Positions 31,159-40,698 of a stretch of DNA of 64,000 nt are shown here, piece after piece; the first letter of the stretch is position 1, and each line of letters starts with the position of its first letter. Under the pieces are notes generated by a model. That model searched no databases. It was not told where the DNA came from and was given only the letters and a program-made list of their open reading frames with translations. The position numbers and the translations under genes are program-made. Source of the stretch: an uncultured Clostridium sp. (GTDB lineage Bacteria; Bacillota_I; Bacilli_A; RF39; UBA660); contig CAYYXX010000001.1 in assembly GCA_964475905.1 (NCBI GenBank), forward strand, positions 2,989-66,988. Direction: 5' to 3'.

Positions 31159-32409
31159 ATGTCAAAAATAAAAATAGAAGGTGGCCATAAATTATCAGGA
31201 ACAATAGAAATATCAGGATCAAAAAACAGTGCTGTAGCCCTAATACCCGCTGCCATATTGTGTGATGAAACAGTAGAAATAAGTAATGTACCAAACATAT
31301 CTGATGTCGATTCATTAGAAGAAATATTAAAATACTTAAATGCTGATATAACAAGAAAAAAAGATAATATAATAATAGATTCAAGTAAAATAATAAATAA
31401 AGAAATACCAGAAGAAATGTCTCAAAAATTAAGAGCCTCCTATTATTTCATGTCATCTTTATTAGGTAAATATAAACATGTAGAAATGTATTTCCCAGGA
31501 GGATGCTCAATAGGAGAAAGACCAATAGATCAAACACTAAAAGCCTATAAAGCATTAGGAGCAACAGTAATAGAAGAAAAAAATAGATATACAATTACCG
31601 CCGAAGAATTAAAAGGAAATAAAATATATTTAGATATGCCAAGTGTCGGAGCAACCATAAATGCTATACTAGTAGCCACTAAAGCAAAAGGGAAAACAAC
31701 AATAGAAAATGCTGCCAAAGAACCAGAAATAGTAAACATAGCAACTCTATTAAATAACATGGGAGCCAAAATAAGAGGAGCAGGAACAGATATCATAACT
31801 ATAACAGGAGTAGGATATCTACATAAAGCTTTCCATGAAGTAATACCAGATCGCATAGAAGCCGGAACATACACCATAATAGGAGCTTTATTAGGAGAAA
31901 ATTTAACCATAAGAAAGCTCATTCCATCCCATATAGAATCATTAACTTCAAAATTAATAGAAGCCGGAGTAGATATAAAAATAAAAGAAGATGAAATAAC
32001 CATAAATGCCAAAGAAAAATACAAATCAGTAAACATAAAAACACAACCATATCCTGGTTTTCCAACAGATCTTCAACAACCAATAATCCCCTTTCTTACA
32101 CAATGTAGAGGTACAAGCATTGTAGAAGAAACAATCTATGAAAATAGATTTCAAAACATCTATGACACAAATAGAATGGGAGCAAACATCATAGTCAAAG
32201 AAAATAGAATAGCCAAAATAAAAGGAATAACCCCGCTATATGGAAAAAATGTAACCGCTACCGACTTAAGAGGAGGTGCCTCTATGCTAATATGTGCTTT
32301 AATAGCAGAAGGCACAACGCAAATAGATAACATAAAGTACATATTAAGAGGTTACGATAATATATGTGAAAAATTATCTAAGGTAGGTGCTAAAATAGAA
32401 TTAATATAA
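31159..32409 (+). CDS. murA: UDP-N-acetylglucosamine 1-carboxyvinyltransferase
   Basis: EPSP-synthase fold; active-site Cys in GGCSIGERPID; start at MSKIKIEGG with RBS AAGGAG. Confidence 0.9.
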   Translation: MSKIKIEGGHKLSGTIEISGSKNSAVALIPAAILCDETVEISNVPNISDVDSLEEILKYLNADITRKKDNIIIDSSKIINKEIPEEMSQKLRASYYFMSSLLGKYKHVEMYFPGGCSIGERPIDQTLKAYKALGATVIEEKNRYTITAEELKGNKIYLDMPSVGATINAILVATKAKGKTTIENAAKEPEIVNIATLLNNMGAKIRGAGTDIITITGVGYLHKAFHEVIPDRIEAGTYTIIGALLGENLTIRKLIPSHIESLTSKLIEAGVDIKIKEDEITINAKEKYKSVNIKTQPYPGFPTDLQQPIIPFLTQCRGTSIVEETIYENRFQNIYDTNRMGANIIVKENRIAKIKGITPLYGKNVTATDLRGGASMLICALIAEGTTQIDNIKYILRGYDNICEKLSKVGAKIELI

Positions 32410-32430
32410 ATATACTTAAATAGGTGAACT

Positions 32431-33111
32431 ATGAAAAAAGTAATACTAATATTAATTCTTTTTTTATCCTGCTATTTTATATATAATGTTACAATAGAAA
32501 CGAGAGTATCATATTTAACACTAGGAGACTCATTATCCAAAGGAGTAAACGAATACCAAATAGGAGCCAAAGGATATAGTGATTATATAAAAGAATACCT
32601 AAAAGATAATAACAAATTAAAAAACTATAACAAAACATTTACTTCAAAAGAATATAGAATCACAGATATAATAAAAATACTATCATATAACGAAAAGAAA
32701 AATAACTACTCATTAAATCAACTAATCAAAGAAGCAGACATAATAACAATATCATTAGGAATAACTGAAATATATGATAAACTAGAAAAAAAAGATCAAA
32801 GCATATATACATACATAGATAATATGATAGAAGATTACACCAAAATATTAGATTATATAAATAAATTTCATCATCAACAAGTCTTTGTATTAGGATACTA
32901 CAATACTAAAGATTATTCCAATGACATATTTAACTATGCAAATTACAAATTACTAAAAGAATGTCAAAAAAGAAATTTCACATACATAGACCTCTCAAAA
33001 ATACTAGATAATAACCCCATTTATTTCACCAATAATAATACATTTATTCCAAATAACAAAGGATACCAAAAAATTTCACAAATAATAGTTGAAAAAATCC
33101 AAAATAACTGA
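32431..33111 (+). CDS. SGNH/GDSL-family hydrolase
   Basis: LTLGDSLS block I motif near the N-terminus after a signal/TM segment. Confidence 0.6.
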   Translation: MKKVILILILFLSCYFIYNVTIETRVSYLTLGDSLSKGVNEYQIGAKGYSDYIKEYLKDNNKLKNYNKTFTSKEYRITDIIKILSYNEKKNNYSLNQLIKEADIITISLGITEIYDKLEKKDQSIYTYIDNMIEDYTKILDYINKFHHQQVFVLGYYNTKDYSNDIFNYANYKLLKECQKRNFTYIDLSKILDNNPIYFTNNNTFIPNNKGYQKISQIIVEKIQNN

Positions 33112-33171
33112 TATAATATACCATGTAATTTTATTACTATGACATTAGTCATGGCGGAAGGAGAGAAAATA

Positions 33172-33381
33172 ATGAAAAAAAATATTCATCCAAATTATGT
33201 AGAATCAACAGTAACATGTGCTTGTGGAAATACATTTAAAACAAAGTCATTAGAAGAAAATATACAAGTTGAAGTATGTTCAAAATGTCATCCATTTTAT
33301 ACAGGCAAACAAACATTAGGTTCTAAAAAAGGACAAGTTGAAAAATTCAATAAAAAATTTGGTTTCAACACTGATAAATAA
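33172..33381 (+). CDS. rpmE: 50S ribosomal protein L31
   Basis: MKKNIHPNY...CxCG...[10 protein letters not shown] zinc-ribbon L31. Confidence 0.9.
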   Translation: MKKNIHPNYVESTVTCACGNTFKTKSLEENIQVEVCSKCHPFYTGKQTLGSKKGQVEKFNKKFGFNTDK

Positions 33382-33412
33382 TGTGATAAAATTCACATTT
33401 TTTATTTTTTTT
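33380..33412 (+). terminator. rho-independent terminator after rpmE
   Basis: aatgtga-taaaat-tcacatt followed by a long T-run. Confidence 0.6.
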
Positions 33413-33467
33413 AAATATATTATAGCTTTTTAATAATAATTCTGATAAAATAAATGTAGTGATATAA

Positions 33468-35435
33468 ATGAAAACAATATTAACAACAATAAATAAATTA
33501 AAAGAAGAATATTTATTAGCCCTAACTTTTATAACCATCAACCTAATAAATAGTATAGTCCTATGTATAATTACAATAAGTAACGGATTAAGATTTTCTT
33601 CGGTAGTTATGGAACTAGGCTTTCTTTTACTAGTAGCCCTAATATCTCTACTAATAAAAAAGAAAAAAAGAATAAACTACTATATAATAGTAACCATCAT
33701 ATTTACAATAACCTGTATAATAAACAGTATATATTATCATTACTATAGTTCCTTTGCTTCATTCTCGATATTAGCAAATATATCATTCGCAAGTGAAGTA
33801 AGTGATGCCATAGTAGATAATGTTTTAAAACCCATAGATATAATATATATATGGGCTCCAATAGCATTACTATTAGTATACAAATATATGAAAAAAAAAG
33901 GAAAACAACCCAAAGATAGCCTAATAAAAAGTAAAATAACAGTAAAGAAAACCTTATTAGCAGTATTTATACTCTTCCTATTAGGCTTTATTACCATGCC
34001 AATAAACGCTTGGGGAAGATTATATAAATTATGGAATAGAGAATCAGTAGTAATGAACTTCGGCATATACATATATCAATTCTATGATTCAGTGCAAAGT
34101 ATTTCTCCCAAAATAAACAGTATGTTCGGACATGATAAAGCCCTAAAAGCCACAGTAGAATATTACAAGCAAAACAAATACCAAAAAGAAACAAATGAAT
34201 ATACTAATATATTCAAAGGTAAAAATGTTATAGTAATTCATGCCGAGAGTATTCAAAAATTTACAATGGATTTAGAATTCAATGGAAAAGAAGTAACACC
34301 AAACTTAAATAAATTAGCTGAAGAAGGAATGTTTTTTAACAATTTTTATTCTCAAGTAGGAGTAGGAACTAGCAGTGATAGCGAATTTACTTTCAATACA
34401 TCATTAATGCCATCAACAAAAGGTACAGCCTTTGTAAACTATTTTGATCGAGACTATATAGCTATACCAAATTTGTTAAAAACTAGCGGATACTATACAT
34501 TTAGTATGCACGCCAATACCGGAACATTCTGGAATAGAAATATAATGTATCAAGCATTAGGCTATGATGACTTTTATAGTAAAGAATCATATATAATAGA
34601 TGAAACAATTGGCTTAGGTCTTTCAGATAAATCATTTTTTAGACAATCAGTAGAAAAAATAAAACAAATAAAAGAAGATAAAAAAGAGCCATACTATGGT
34701 CTTCTAATAATGCTCTCAAATCATACCCCATTTAATGATTTAGAGTTAACAGATGAATTTGATACCAGTATAACAACAAACATAAATGGAAAAAAAGTAA
34801 CAAGAGATTACTTAGAGGGTACAGTTATGAAAAACTATTTACGATCAGTCCATTATGCAGATTCAGCTATTGGCGAACTAATAGATAGATTAGATAAAGA
34901 AGACCTATTAGAAGACACCGTAATAATAATATACGGAGATCATGATGCCAGAATAAGTTATAAAGAGTTTAATCTATTATACAACTATGATCCAGTTGAA
35001 GACAGAATAAAAACTGAAAAAGATGACGGTTTTATTCCGTATTCAGCCTATAATAACAAAATAAATGAAAAAGTTCCCCTAATAGTATGGACAAAATCAA
35101 AAAAATATAATATAGTAGTAGATATACCTATGGCAATGATAGATGTATTACCTACTATTGGAAATATGCTAGATATTCATAGTGAATACCAACTAGGCAC
35201 AGACATATTTAGTCTAAAAGATAAAGACAATACAGTAGTCTTTGTAGATGGATCATATTTAACATCAAAAATATATTATAATTCATCAAAGCCAGAAATA
35301 TATCCAATAACCAATGAGCCAGTAAGTGAAGAATATATCAAGGATAGGGTAGAATATTCAAACAAATTAATTGAAGTATCAAACAATATTATTTCTTATA
35401 ATTTAATAAAAGAATTAAAAGGTGTTTCTAAGTAA
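33468..35435 (+). CDS. ltaS: lipoteichoic acid synthase family protein (LtaS-type sulfatase-fold)
   Basis: Five N-terminal TM helices plus an extracellular alkaline-phosphatase-like domain. Confidence 0.8.
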   Translation: MKTILTTINKLKEEYLLALTFITINLINSIVLCIITISNGLRFSSVVMELGFLLLVALISLLIKKKKRINYYIIVTIIFTITCIINSIYYHYYSSFASFSILANISFASEVSDAIVDNVLKPIDIIYIWAPIALLLVYKYMKKKGKQPKDSLIKSKITVKKTLLAVFILFLLGFITMPINAWGRLYKLWNRESVVMNFGIYIYQFYDSVQSISPKINSMFGHDKALKATVEYYKQNKYQKETNEYTNIFKGKNVIVIHAESIQKFTMDLEFNGKEVTPNLNKLAEEGMFFNNFYSQVGVGTSSDSEFTFNTSLMPSTKGTAFVNYFDRDYIAIPNLLKTSGYYTFSMHANTGTFWNRNIMYQALGYDDFYSKESYIIDETIGLGLSDKSFFRQSVEKIKQIKEDKKEPYYGLLIMLSNHTPFNDLELTDEFDTSITTNINGKKVTRDYLEGTVMKNYLRSVHYADSAIGELIDRLDKEDLLEDTVIIIYGDHDARISYKEFNLLYNYDPVEDRIKTEKDDGFIPYSAYNNKINEKVPLIVWTKSKKYNIVVDIPMAMIDVLPTIGNMLDIHSEYQLGTDIFSLKDKDNTVVFVDGSYLTSKIYYNSSKPEIYPITNEPVSEEYIKDRVEYSNKLIEVSNNIISYNLIKELKGVSK

Positions 35436-35485
35436 GGAAAAAGTGTAGTAGTAACTAGCAAAGTAGAAAGGATGATGATAATACT

Positions 35486-36220
35486 ATGCTGAAATTTGTA
35501 ATTTGTGAAGATAACAAAGAAGATCTAGCCAAAATAGTACAAACAGTAAATAAATCAATGATGAAATATAGCGTTGAATATAGAATAGCCAAATTTGAGA
35601 AATATGATGAAAAATTCGAAGAGATAATAAAGGAACAATTTGATACAAAAATATATTTATTAGATATTGAACTACCGGGAGTTGAAGGATTAGAAATAGC
35701 TTCAGAAATAAGAGAACAAGATGACAAAAGCTACATAATATTTATAACTAGTCATCCCGAATGTAAAAATGATATATTCTACTCAAGATTAGAAGCAATA
35801 GACTTTATTTCAAAAGATCATAGATATGAAAAAAGAGTCCAAGAAACCATAGAGTACATAATGGATAGATTTACAAGAAATAAGATATTAACATTTACTT
35901 ATGATTATACAATGTACAAAGTTCCCTATAAAGATATAACTTTTATTGAAAAAGATCCAATATTAGGAAGATGTATAATTCATTTCACAAGTGATAAACC
36001 AAAATATATAAAGAATACAATAACAAATCTAGAAGAAGAACTAGCACCACTATTTTTCAAAACACACAAATCATGTGTAGTAAATCTAGAAAATATCAGC
36101 AAGGTAGATTATGCCGAGTCCACTATTTATTTCAAAAATGGCGATTCAACATCATTACTAAGCCCTGCAAACAAGAAGGAGTTGAAGAATCATGTTAGAA
36201 ATTATGAGAACATTCTTTAA
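35486..36220 (+). CDS. agrA: LytTR-family response regulator (AgrA-like)
   Basis: Receiver domain (DIELPGVEG) plus a C-terminal LytTR DNA-binding domain. Confidence 0.8.
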   Translation: MLKFVICEDNKEDLAKIVQTVNKSMMKYSVEYRIAKFEKYDEKFEEIIKEQFDTKIYLLDIELPGVEGLEIASEIREQDDKSYIIFITSHPECKNDIFYSRLEAIDFISKDHRYEKRVQETIEYIMDRFTRNKILTFTYDYTMYKVPYKDITFIEKDPILGRCIIHFTSDKPKYIKNTITNLEEELAPLFFKTHKSCVVNLENISKVDYAESTIYFKNGDSTSLLSPANKKELKNHVRNYENIL

Positions 36221-37493
36221 TTGTTCAATATTAGTGATGTCTGTTTATATTTTTGGAATAATAATATTTAATAATGGAAAACTAAAAATATCAATAAAAG
36301 ATATACTAGCAATTCTTCTATGTACCGCCTTACATAGTACAGCATATCTTTTATTAGAAGGTACTGAGAAAACAATACTATCAATGTTATCTTTCTCACT
36401 ACTAATAAAAATATCATTTGATATAGATTTTATAAAATCATTGTTTTCTTCAATACTATACTCAATATTTACTATCATTCCAGATCTAGTAGTACTAGCA
36501 TTTGTTACTAAAGTATTAAATATGAGTAAAGACTATTGCTATTCCATATTTGCTGGAAGTATGATAGGTAATATAGTAATTAGTATAATAATGATATTAA
36601 TAATATATATTTTAAGAAAGCCATTAAAAAAACTATTTAGTTATAAAATATCTAAAAATATTGAAATAGTATTAGTATCACTATTAACATTAGTAACTAT
36701 AGCAATATTTTTCTATAAATTAATAAATAATTATAAATTTACAAATGATGTACTAGCATATTTATTAGTAATAATAACTCTAGTAATTATATTATCCTAT
36801 CTATTCAGACAAAATATAGAAAATCAAACAATGTTTAAGAAATACGACGATCTATTAACAATCATGAGAAATTATGAAAGTGATATAGAAGAACAAAGGA
36901 CAACAACTCATGAAACAAGAAATGAATTATTAACAATAAGATGTCGTGTAGAAAAATTTGGAGATGAAAAACTATGCGAATACATAGATAGTATTATGGG
37001 AGATAAGAAGAATGTTGATAGTGCAAAATATTCCAAATTCAAATATTTACCTACAAATGGCTTAAAAGGATTTCTATACTATAAATTTATTGAAGCCGAA
37101 GAAAAAGGAATTAGTGTAAAACTAAATATATCAAAACAAATAGAAAAGAGTTTCTTAATAGAATTAAATACAAAAGATTTCAAAGATTTAACAAGAATAT
37201 TAGGAGTATATCTAGATAATGCAATTGAAGCATCCTCATCTTCCCAAAATAAACAATTAGGTATAGAAATATATAAAATTAAATCAAACATAGAAATAAT
37301 AATATCAAATACATATGATAACATTATAGATGAAGACAAAATTGGTAATGAAAGATTTAGTACTAAAGGAGAAAATAGAGGTCATGGACTATTATTAGTA
37401 AGTAGAATATTAAAGAGTAATCCAAAATTCGAATCAGAAACAAAGAAAACAGATTCCCTATATATTCAAACATTAAAAATAAAAGACAAATAA
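36192..37493 (+). CDS. agrC: AgrC-like sensor histidine kinase (HPK10 / GHKL HATPase_c_5)
   Basis: Six N-terminal TM helices; C-terminal ...TRNEL...GHGLLLVSRIL typical of AgrC/ComD kinases. Confidence 0.75.
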   Translation: MLEIMRTFFNCSILVMSVYIFGIIIFNNGKLKISIKDILAILLCTALHSTAYLLLEGTEKTILSMLSFSLLIKISFDIDFIKSLFSSILYSIFTIIPDLVVLAFVTKVLNMSKDYCYSIFAGSMIGNIVISIIMILIIYILRKPLKKLFSYKISKNIEIVLVSLLTLVTIAIFFYKLINNYKFTNDVLAYLLVIITLVIILSYLFRQNIENQTMFKKYDDLLTIMRNYESDIEEQRTTTHETRNELLTIRCRVEKFGDEKLCEYIDSIMGDKKNVDSAKYSKFKYLPTNGLKGFLYYKFIEAEEKGISVKLNISKQIEKSFLIELNTKDFKDLTRILGVYLDNAIEASSSSQNKQLGIEIYKIKSNIEIIISNTYDNIIDEDKIGNERFSTKGENRGHGLLLVSRILKSNPKFESETKKTDSLYIQTLKIKDK

Positions 37494-37531
37494 AAAAAGA
37501 ATCAACAAACAGTATATAAGATTCTTTTTTT
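37492..37531. terminator. bidirectional terminator between the convergent agrC-like and agrD genes
   Basis: A-run, aagaatc...gattctt hairpin, then T-run; a second palindrome aaactattaatagttt follows. Confidence 0.5.
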
Positions 37532-37559
37532 ATTAGATAAACTATTAATAGTTTAATTA

Positions 37560-37673
37560 CTATTTTAACAAACTTTTAGGCATTTTAGGCTCGTCAATAA
37601 ACCAAAGAGTACATGCTTTAGTACCAGCACCAGTAGAAAGTGAACCAATTAGATTTAATAATCTTGCTAACAT
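37560..37673 (-). CDS. agrD: AgrD-like autoinducing-peptide precursor, 37 aa (MLARLLNLIGSLSTGAGTKACTLWFIDEPKMPKSLLK)
   Basis: RBS AGGAGG overlaps the agrB stop. Amphipathic leader, Cys in a C-x4 context, then IDEPKMPKSL matching the conserved AgrD C-terminal tail. Confidence 0.7.
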   Translation of the reverse strand: MLARLLNLIGSLSTGAGTKACTLWFIDEPKMPKSLLK

Positions 37674-37684
37674 ACAACTACCTC

Positions 37685-38314
37685 CTAATCTATATTTATA
37701 CCATACGGCTTATAAGTAACAATATAGTTCTTATAATTATCATATGGTAGTTGAAACATCCTATATACCAGAGGATGAATCATCAAACTTGCATCCAGTA
37801 GTCCAAAACATAAGTATGAACTAACAACAGTATTCTTAAATAAAATAATAAATATTAAATATATAAGTCCAATAATAATAGTTATTATTTTATATTTTTT
37901 TCTCTTATATTTATTAACAAGTGGTCTTTTATAAGTATCCGCTGGAGCATATAACATAAGAATTACAAAAGAAATACCACTAATCAAATACTTAACAATA
38001 GTAGCCATACCAATATATTTACATATAAAGGCCGTACCAATAAACAAAACTCCAGATATAAAGTAGCAATGCCAACTCTTTTTAGCGTGCATACCAAAAG
38101 CTGTAGTTCTAATAATGTTATAAGATAGTAAAATAAATAATACCTCTTTAGCAATATTAAGAATGAAAGCTACTCCAAAAATAACTATTGTCTTAGAAAA
38201 AGTAATATACAAAGATTCCAATCCATAACTAATTTCTTCAAGCTTCTCTTCACTATATTCAGGATAACTTTTCTTAATTGCACTAATAGATTTACTTAAA
38301 AATTTTTCTCTCAT
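37685..38314 (-). CDS. agrB: AgrB-family membrane endopeptidase (AIP processing)
   Basis: HAKKSWHCYFISGVLFI...YAPADTYKRPL...KYKRKKYK matches AgrB conserved blocks. Confidence 0.8.
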   Translation of the reverse strand: MREKFLSKSISAIKKSYPEYSEEKLEEISYGLESLYITFSKTIVIFGVAFILNIAKEVLFILLSYNIIRTTAFGMHAKKSWHCYFISGVLFIGTAFICKYIGMATIVKYLISGISFVILMLYAPADTYKRPLVNKYKRKKYKIITIIIGLIYLIFIILFKNTVVSSYLCFGLLDASLMIHPLVYRMFQLPYDNYKNYIVTYKPYGINID

Positions 38315-38405
38315 ATCTTAAAATCACAATAAAATTATAACATTACAAAACTAAAAAAGAGTTAAATAGCGGACAAAATAAAAAAAAGTAATAGAATAGT
38401 AGCAA

Positions 38406-38433
38406 AGTTAACTACAGAGTAACACCTAGTTAA
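38406..38433. promoter_or_regulatory. candidate LytTR-type direct repeat (AGTTAA ... 22 bp start-to-start ... AGTTAA) in the agrB upstream region
   Basis: aaAGTTAActacagagtaacacctAGTTAAaa; the spacing resembles AgrA-type paired 9-bp repeats. Confidence 0.3.
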
Positions 38434-38491
38434 AAAAATCACTTGTAATACCCCACAAAAAATAGTATAATAAAATAGAGGTGAAGAAAAA

Positions 38492-38806
38492 ATGGAATTA
38501 TATCAATACATAATAATAATAGCAGTACTACTAATAATAGCATTCTCAATAGTAAAAATGAATAAAAAAAATATAAAATTAGAATTTAACAAATTAGTAG
38601 ATTTATTAGGAGGAAAAGACAATATACTAAATACCGAAGCAGAAATGTCTCGTTTTAAAGTAACACTTAAAGATATAACCAAAGCCAACAAAGATGGCAT
38701 CTTAAAACTAGGAGCTAAAGGAGTAGTAGAAATAGACGATCAATTAAAAATAATCTTAGGAAGTGATGCCAAAAAAATAAAAAAATACATAGATGAACTA
38801 AAATAA
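38492..38806 (+). CDS. membrane-anchored PTS EIIB(Glc)-like domain protein lacking the phosphorylatable Cys
   Basis: LVDLLGGKDNILNTEAEMSRFKVTLKD...LGAKGVVEIDDQLKIILG aligns to the EIIB glucose-family fold, but HCxTRLR is replaced by AEMSRFK. Confidence 0.45.
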   Translation: MELYQYIIIIAVLLIIAFSIVKMNKKNIKLEFNKLVDLLGGKDNILNTEAEMSRFKVTLKDITKANKDGILKLGAKGVVEIDDQLKIILGSDAKKIKKYIDELK

Positions 38807-38827
38807 GAACAAAAAGTTCTTTTTTTT

Positions 38828-38868
38828 GACAAAATTCGACAAAAACCGACATTCTAAAATAGTATAAT
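38828..38868 (+). promoter_or_regulatory. 10-bp-phased CGACA direct repeats (GACAAAATTC GACAAAAACC GACATTCT) plus a TATAAT -10, upstream of the orphan kinase
   Basis: The 16-mer GACAAAATTCGACAAA also occurs at 20432-20447 upstream of cspA. Confidence 0.35.
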
Positions 38869-38886
38869 CAAGATGAGGTGAGCAAA

Positions 38887-40122
38887 ATGAACATAATAAT
38901 CATGAAAGATATAATACTAAATATAATACTTATAACATTTCCAATACTAATCTATTTAGTAATAATCTGCTACAAAGAAGAAATAAAAATCAAAACTGAT
39001 ACATTACTAACAATATCACTAATAACATCACTATATCTAAGTTTAAAATATATACCATATGAAGCTAATACCCAAATACTATTATTCTGTAATATACCAA
39101 TAGTAATAGCATATATGAAAAATAAACCCCTACTAGGAATACTCCTATCAATAGCTAACATATTATATATTACTTTAGAATTAAATTTAGAAATAACAAT
39201 AACAATAATAAAATATATATCATATTTACTACTATATACATACACAAGAAAGAAAAAAATATCAAGTGGAACATTTATCTTATCAATAGCTATAGTCCAA
39301 GCATTCTTCCTATCATTCGAATACTTCTTCCAAGCCATAACAATATCACTAGCAGACTTTCTACTATTATTAATAATAATCTTTATATACTATTTTTTAG
39401 CATTCTCTATACTATACCTATTCAAAGTAATAGATAAAATAGAATCACTAAACAGTACTATAAAAGTATTAGAAAAAGATAAAACAGTTAAAGAAGCACT
39501 ATTCAAATTAACACATGAAATAAAAAATCCACTAGCGGTCTGTAAAGGCTATCTAGATATGCTAGACTTAAATAAAAAAGATAAATCAGAAAAATATATA
39601 TCAATAATGAAACAAGAAATAAATAGAAGTCTAAATATTATAAGTGATTTTGTAGAATACAATAAAATAAAAATAAAAAAAGAACAAATAGATCTAAATT
39701 GTTTATTAGATGATGTCTATGATTCATTCAAAATTTTAGTAAATAATAAAAAAATCAAATTAGAATACAAAGATAGAGAAGATGAAGAAATATATTTTGA
39801 AGGAGACTATGAAAGATTAAAACAAGTTCTAATAAATATGCTAAAAAATGCTTTAGAAGCAACAGAAGAAAATGGTAAAATAGAAATATCATCCAATATT
39901 TATAAAAAGCATATAGATATCTTAGTCGAAGACACAGGAATAGGTATGGATAAAGAAACCCTTGAAAAAATAGAAGAAATGTTTTATACAACAAAGCAAA
40001 ACGGAACAGGACTTGGAGTAGCCCTATCAAAAGAAATAATAAAGTCGCATAATGGACAATTAATATTTAACTCATCACCAAATAAAGGAACTAAAGTAAC
40101 AATAAGATTACCATACAAATAA
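38887..40122 (+). CDS. orphan multi-TM sensor histidine kinase (HisKA plus HATPase_c), no adjacent response regulator
   Basis: H-box LTHEIKNPLAV, N/G1/G2 boxes, five to six N-terminal TM helices; RBS GAGGTGA. Confidence 0.75.
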   Translation: MNIIIMKDIILNIILITFPILIYLVIICYKEEIKIKTDTLLTISLITSLYLSLKYIPYEANTQILLFCNIPIVIAYMKNKPLLGILLSIANILYITLELNLEITITIIKYISYLLLYTYTRKKKISSGTFILSIAIVQAFFLSFEYFFQAITISLADFLLLLIIIFIYYFLAFSILYLFKVIDKIESLNSTIKVLEKDKTVKEALFKLTHEIKNPLAVCKGYLDMLDLNKKDKSEKYISIMKQEINRSLNIISDFVEYNKIKIKKEQIDLNCLLDDVYDSFKILVNNKKIKLEYKDREDEEIYFEGDYERLKQVLINMLKNALEATEENGKIEISSNIYKKHIDILVEDTGIGMDKETLEKIEEMFYTTKQNGTGLGVALSKEIIKSHNGQLIFNSSPNKGTKVTIRLPYK

Positions 40123-40252
40123 CTAAAACAATATAACTCTAAACATCATCATTAGAGTTATATTTTATTCTATAAATATTAATAACATAAAATAATACTT
40201 TCTATTTAATTATTAAAAAATATCTGATATAATATAAAAAAGGGATGATACT

Positions 40253-40516
40253 ATGGAAGATATATTCTTAAAAAACCTGCCAACCATAGATCTTCACGGC
40301 TATGATATGGAATCAGCAAGAGTAGCAACAGAAGATTTTATAAAAGAAAATATAATATTAAATAATAATAAAATAATAATAATACATGGTAAAGGAACAG
40401 GGCTAGTAAAAAAAGCAGTACATGAAAGTCTAAAGAAAGAAAAAAAAGTAATAAAATACCACACAGACAACTTTAATGATGGCTTAACAATAGCCTATTT
40501 ATCAGTTGACAAGTAA
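40253..40516 (+). CDS. Smr-domain protein
   Basis: IDLHGYDMESA...IIIHGKGTG Smr signature. Confidence 0.7.
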   Translation: MEDIFLKNLPTIDLHGYDMESARVATEDFIKENIILNNNKIIIIHGKGTGLVKKAVHESLKKEKKVIKYHTDNFNDGLTIAYLSVDK

Positions 40517-40698
40517 ATTTCTCTGTGCTATAATAAATTACAATTTTAAGAAAGGCATTGTATGCACGATAAAGAAATAATTAGGCGAATAAAAGAATTA
40601 TGTACAATTACAAAAGAATTAATCATAGTAATTATTCTTACCATAATATGCACAATAATATTCATTATTGAAGCATTTTAAATAGGAGGTTTTAGGTT

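Noticed and set aside
38828-38868. Reading TTGACA at 38828 as the -35 for the kinase promoter
   Set aside because: The spacing to the TATAAT at 38863 is about 29 nt, far from the 17-nt optimum. The element is better explained as phased GACA repeats (an activator site) with a separate -10.
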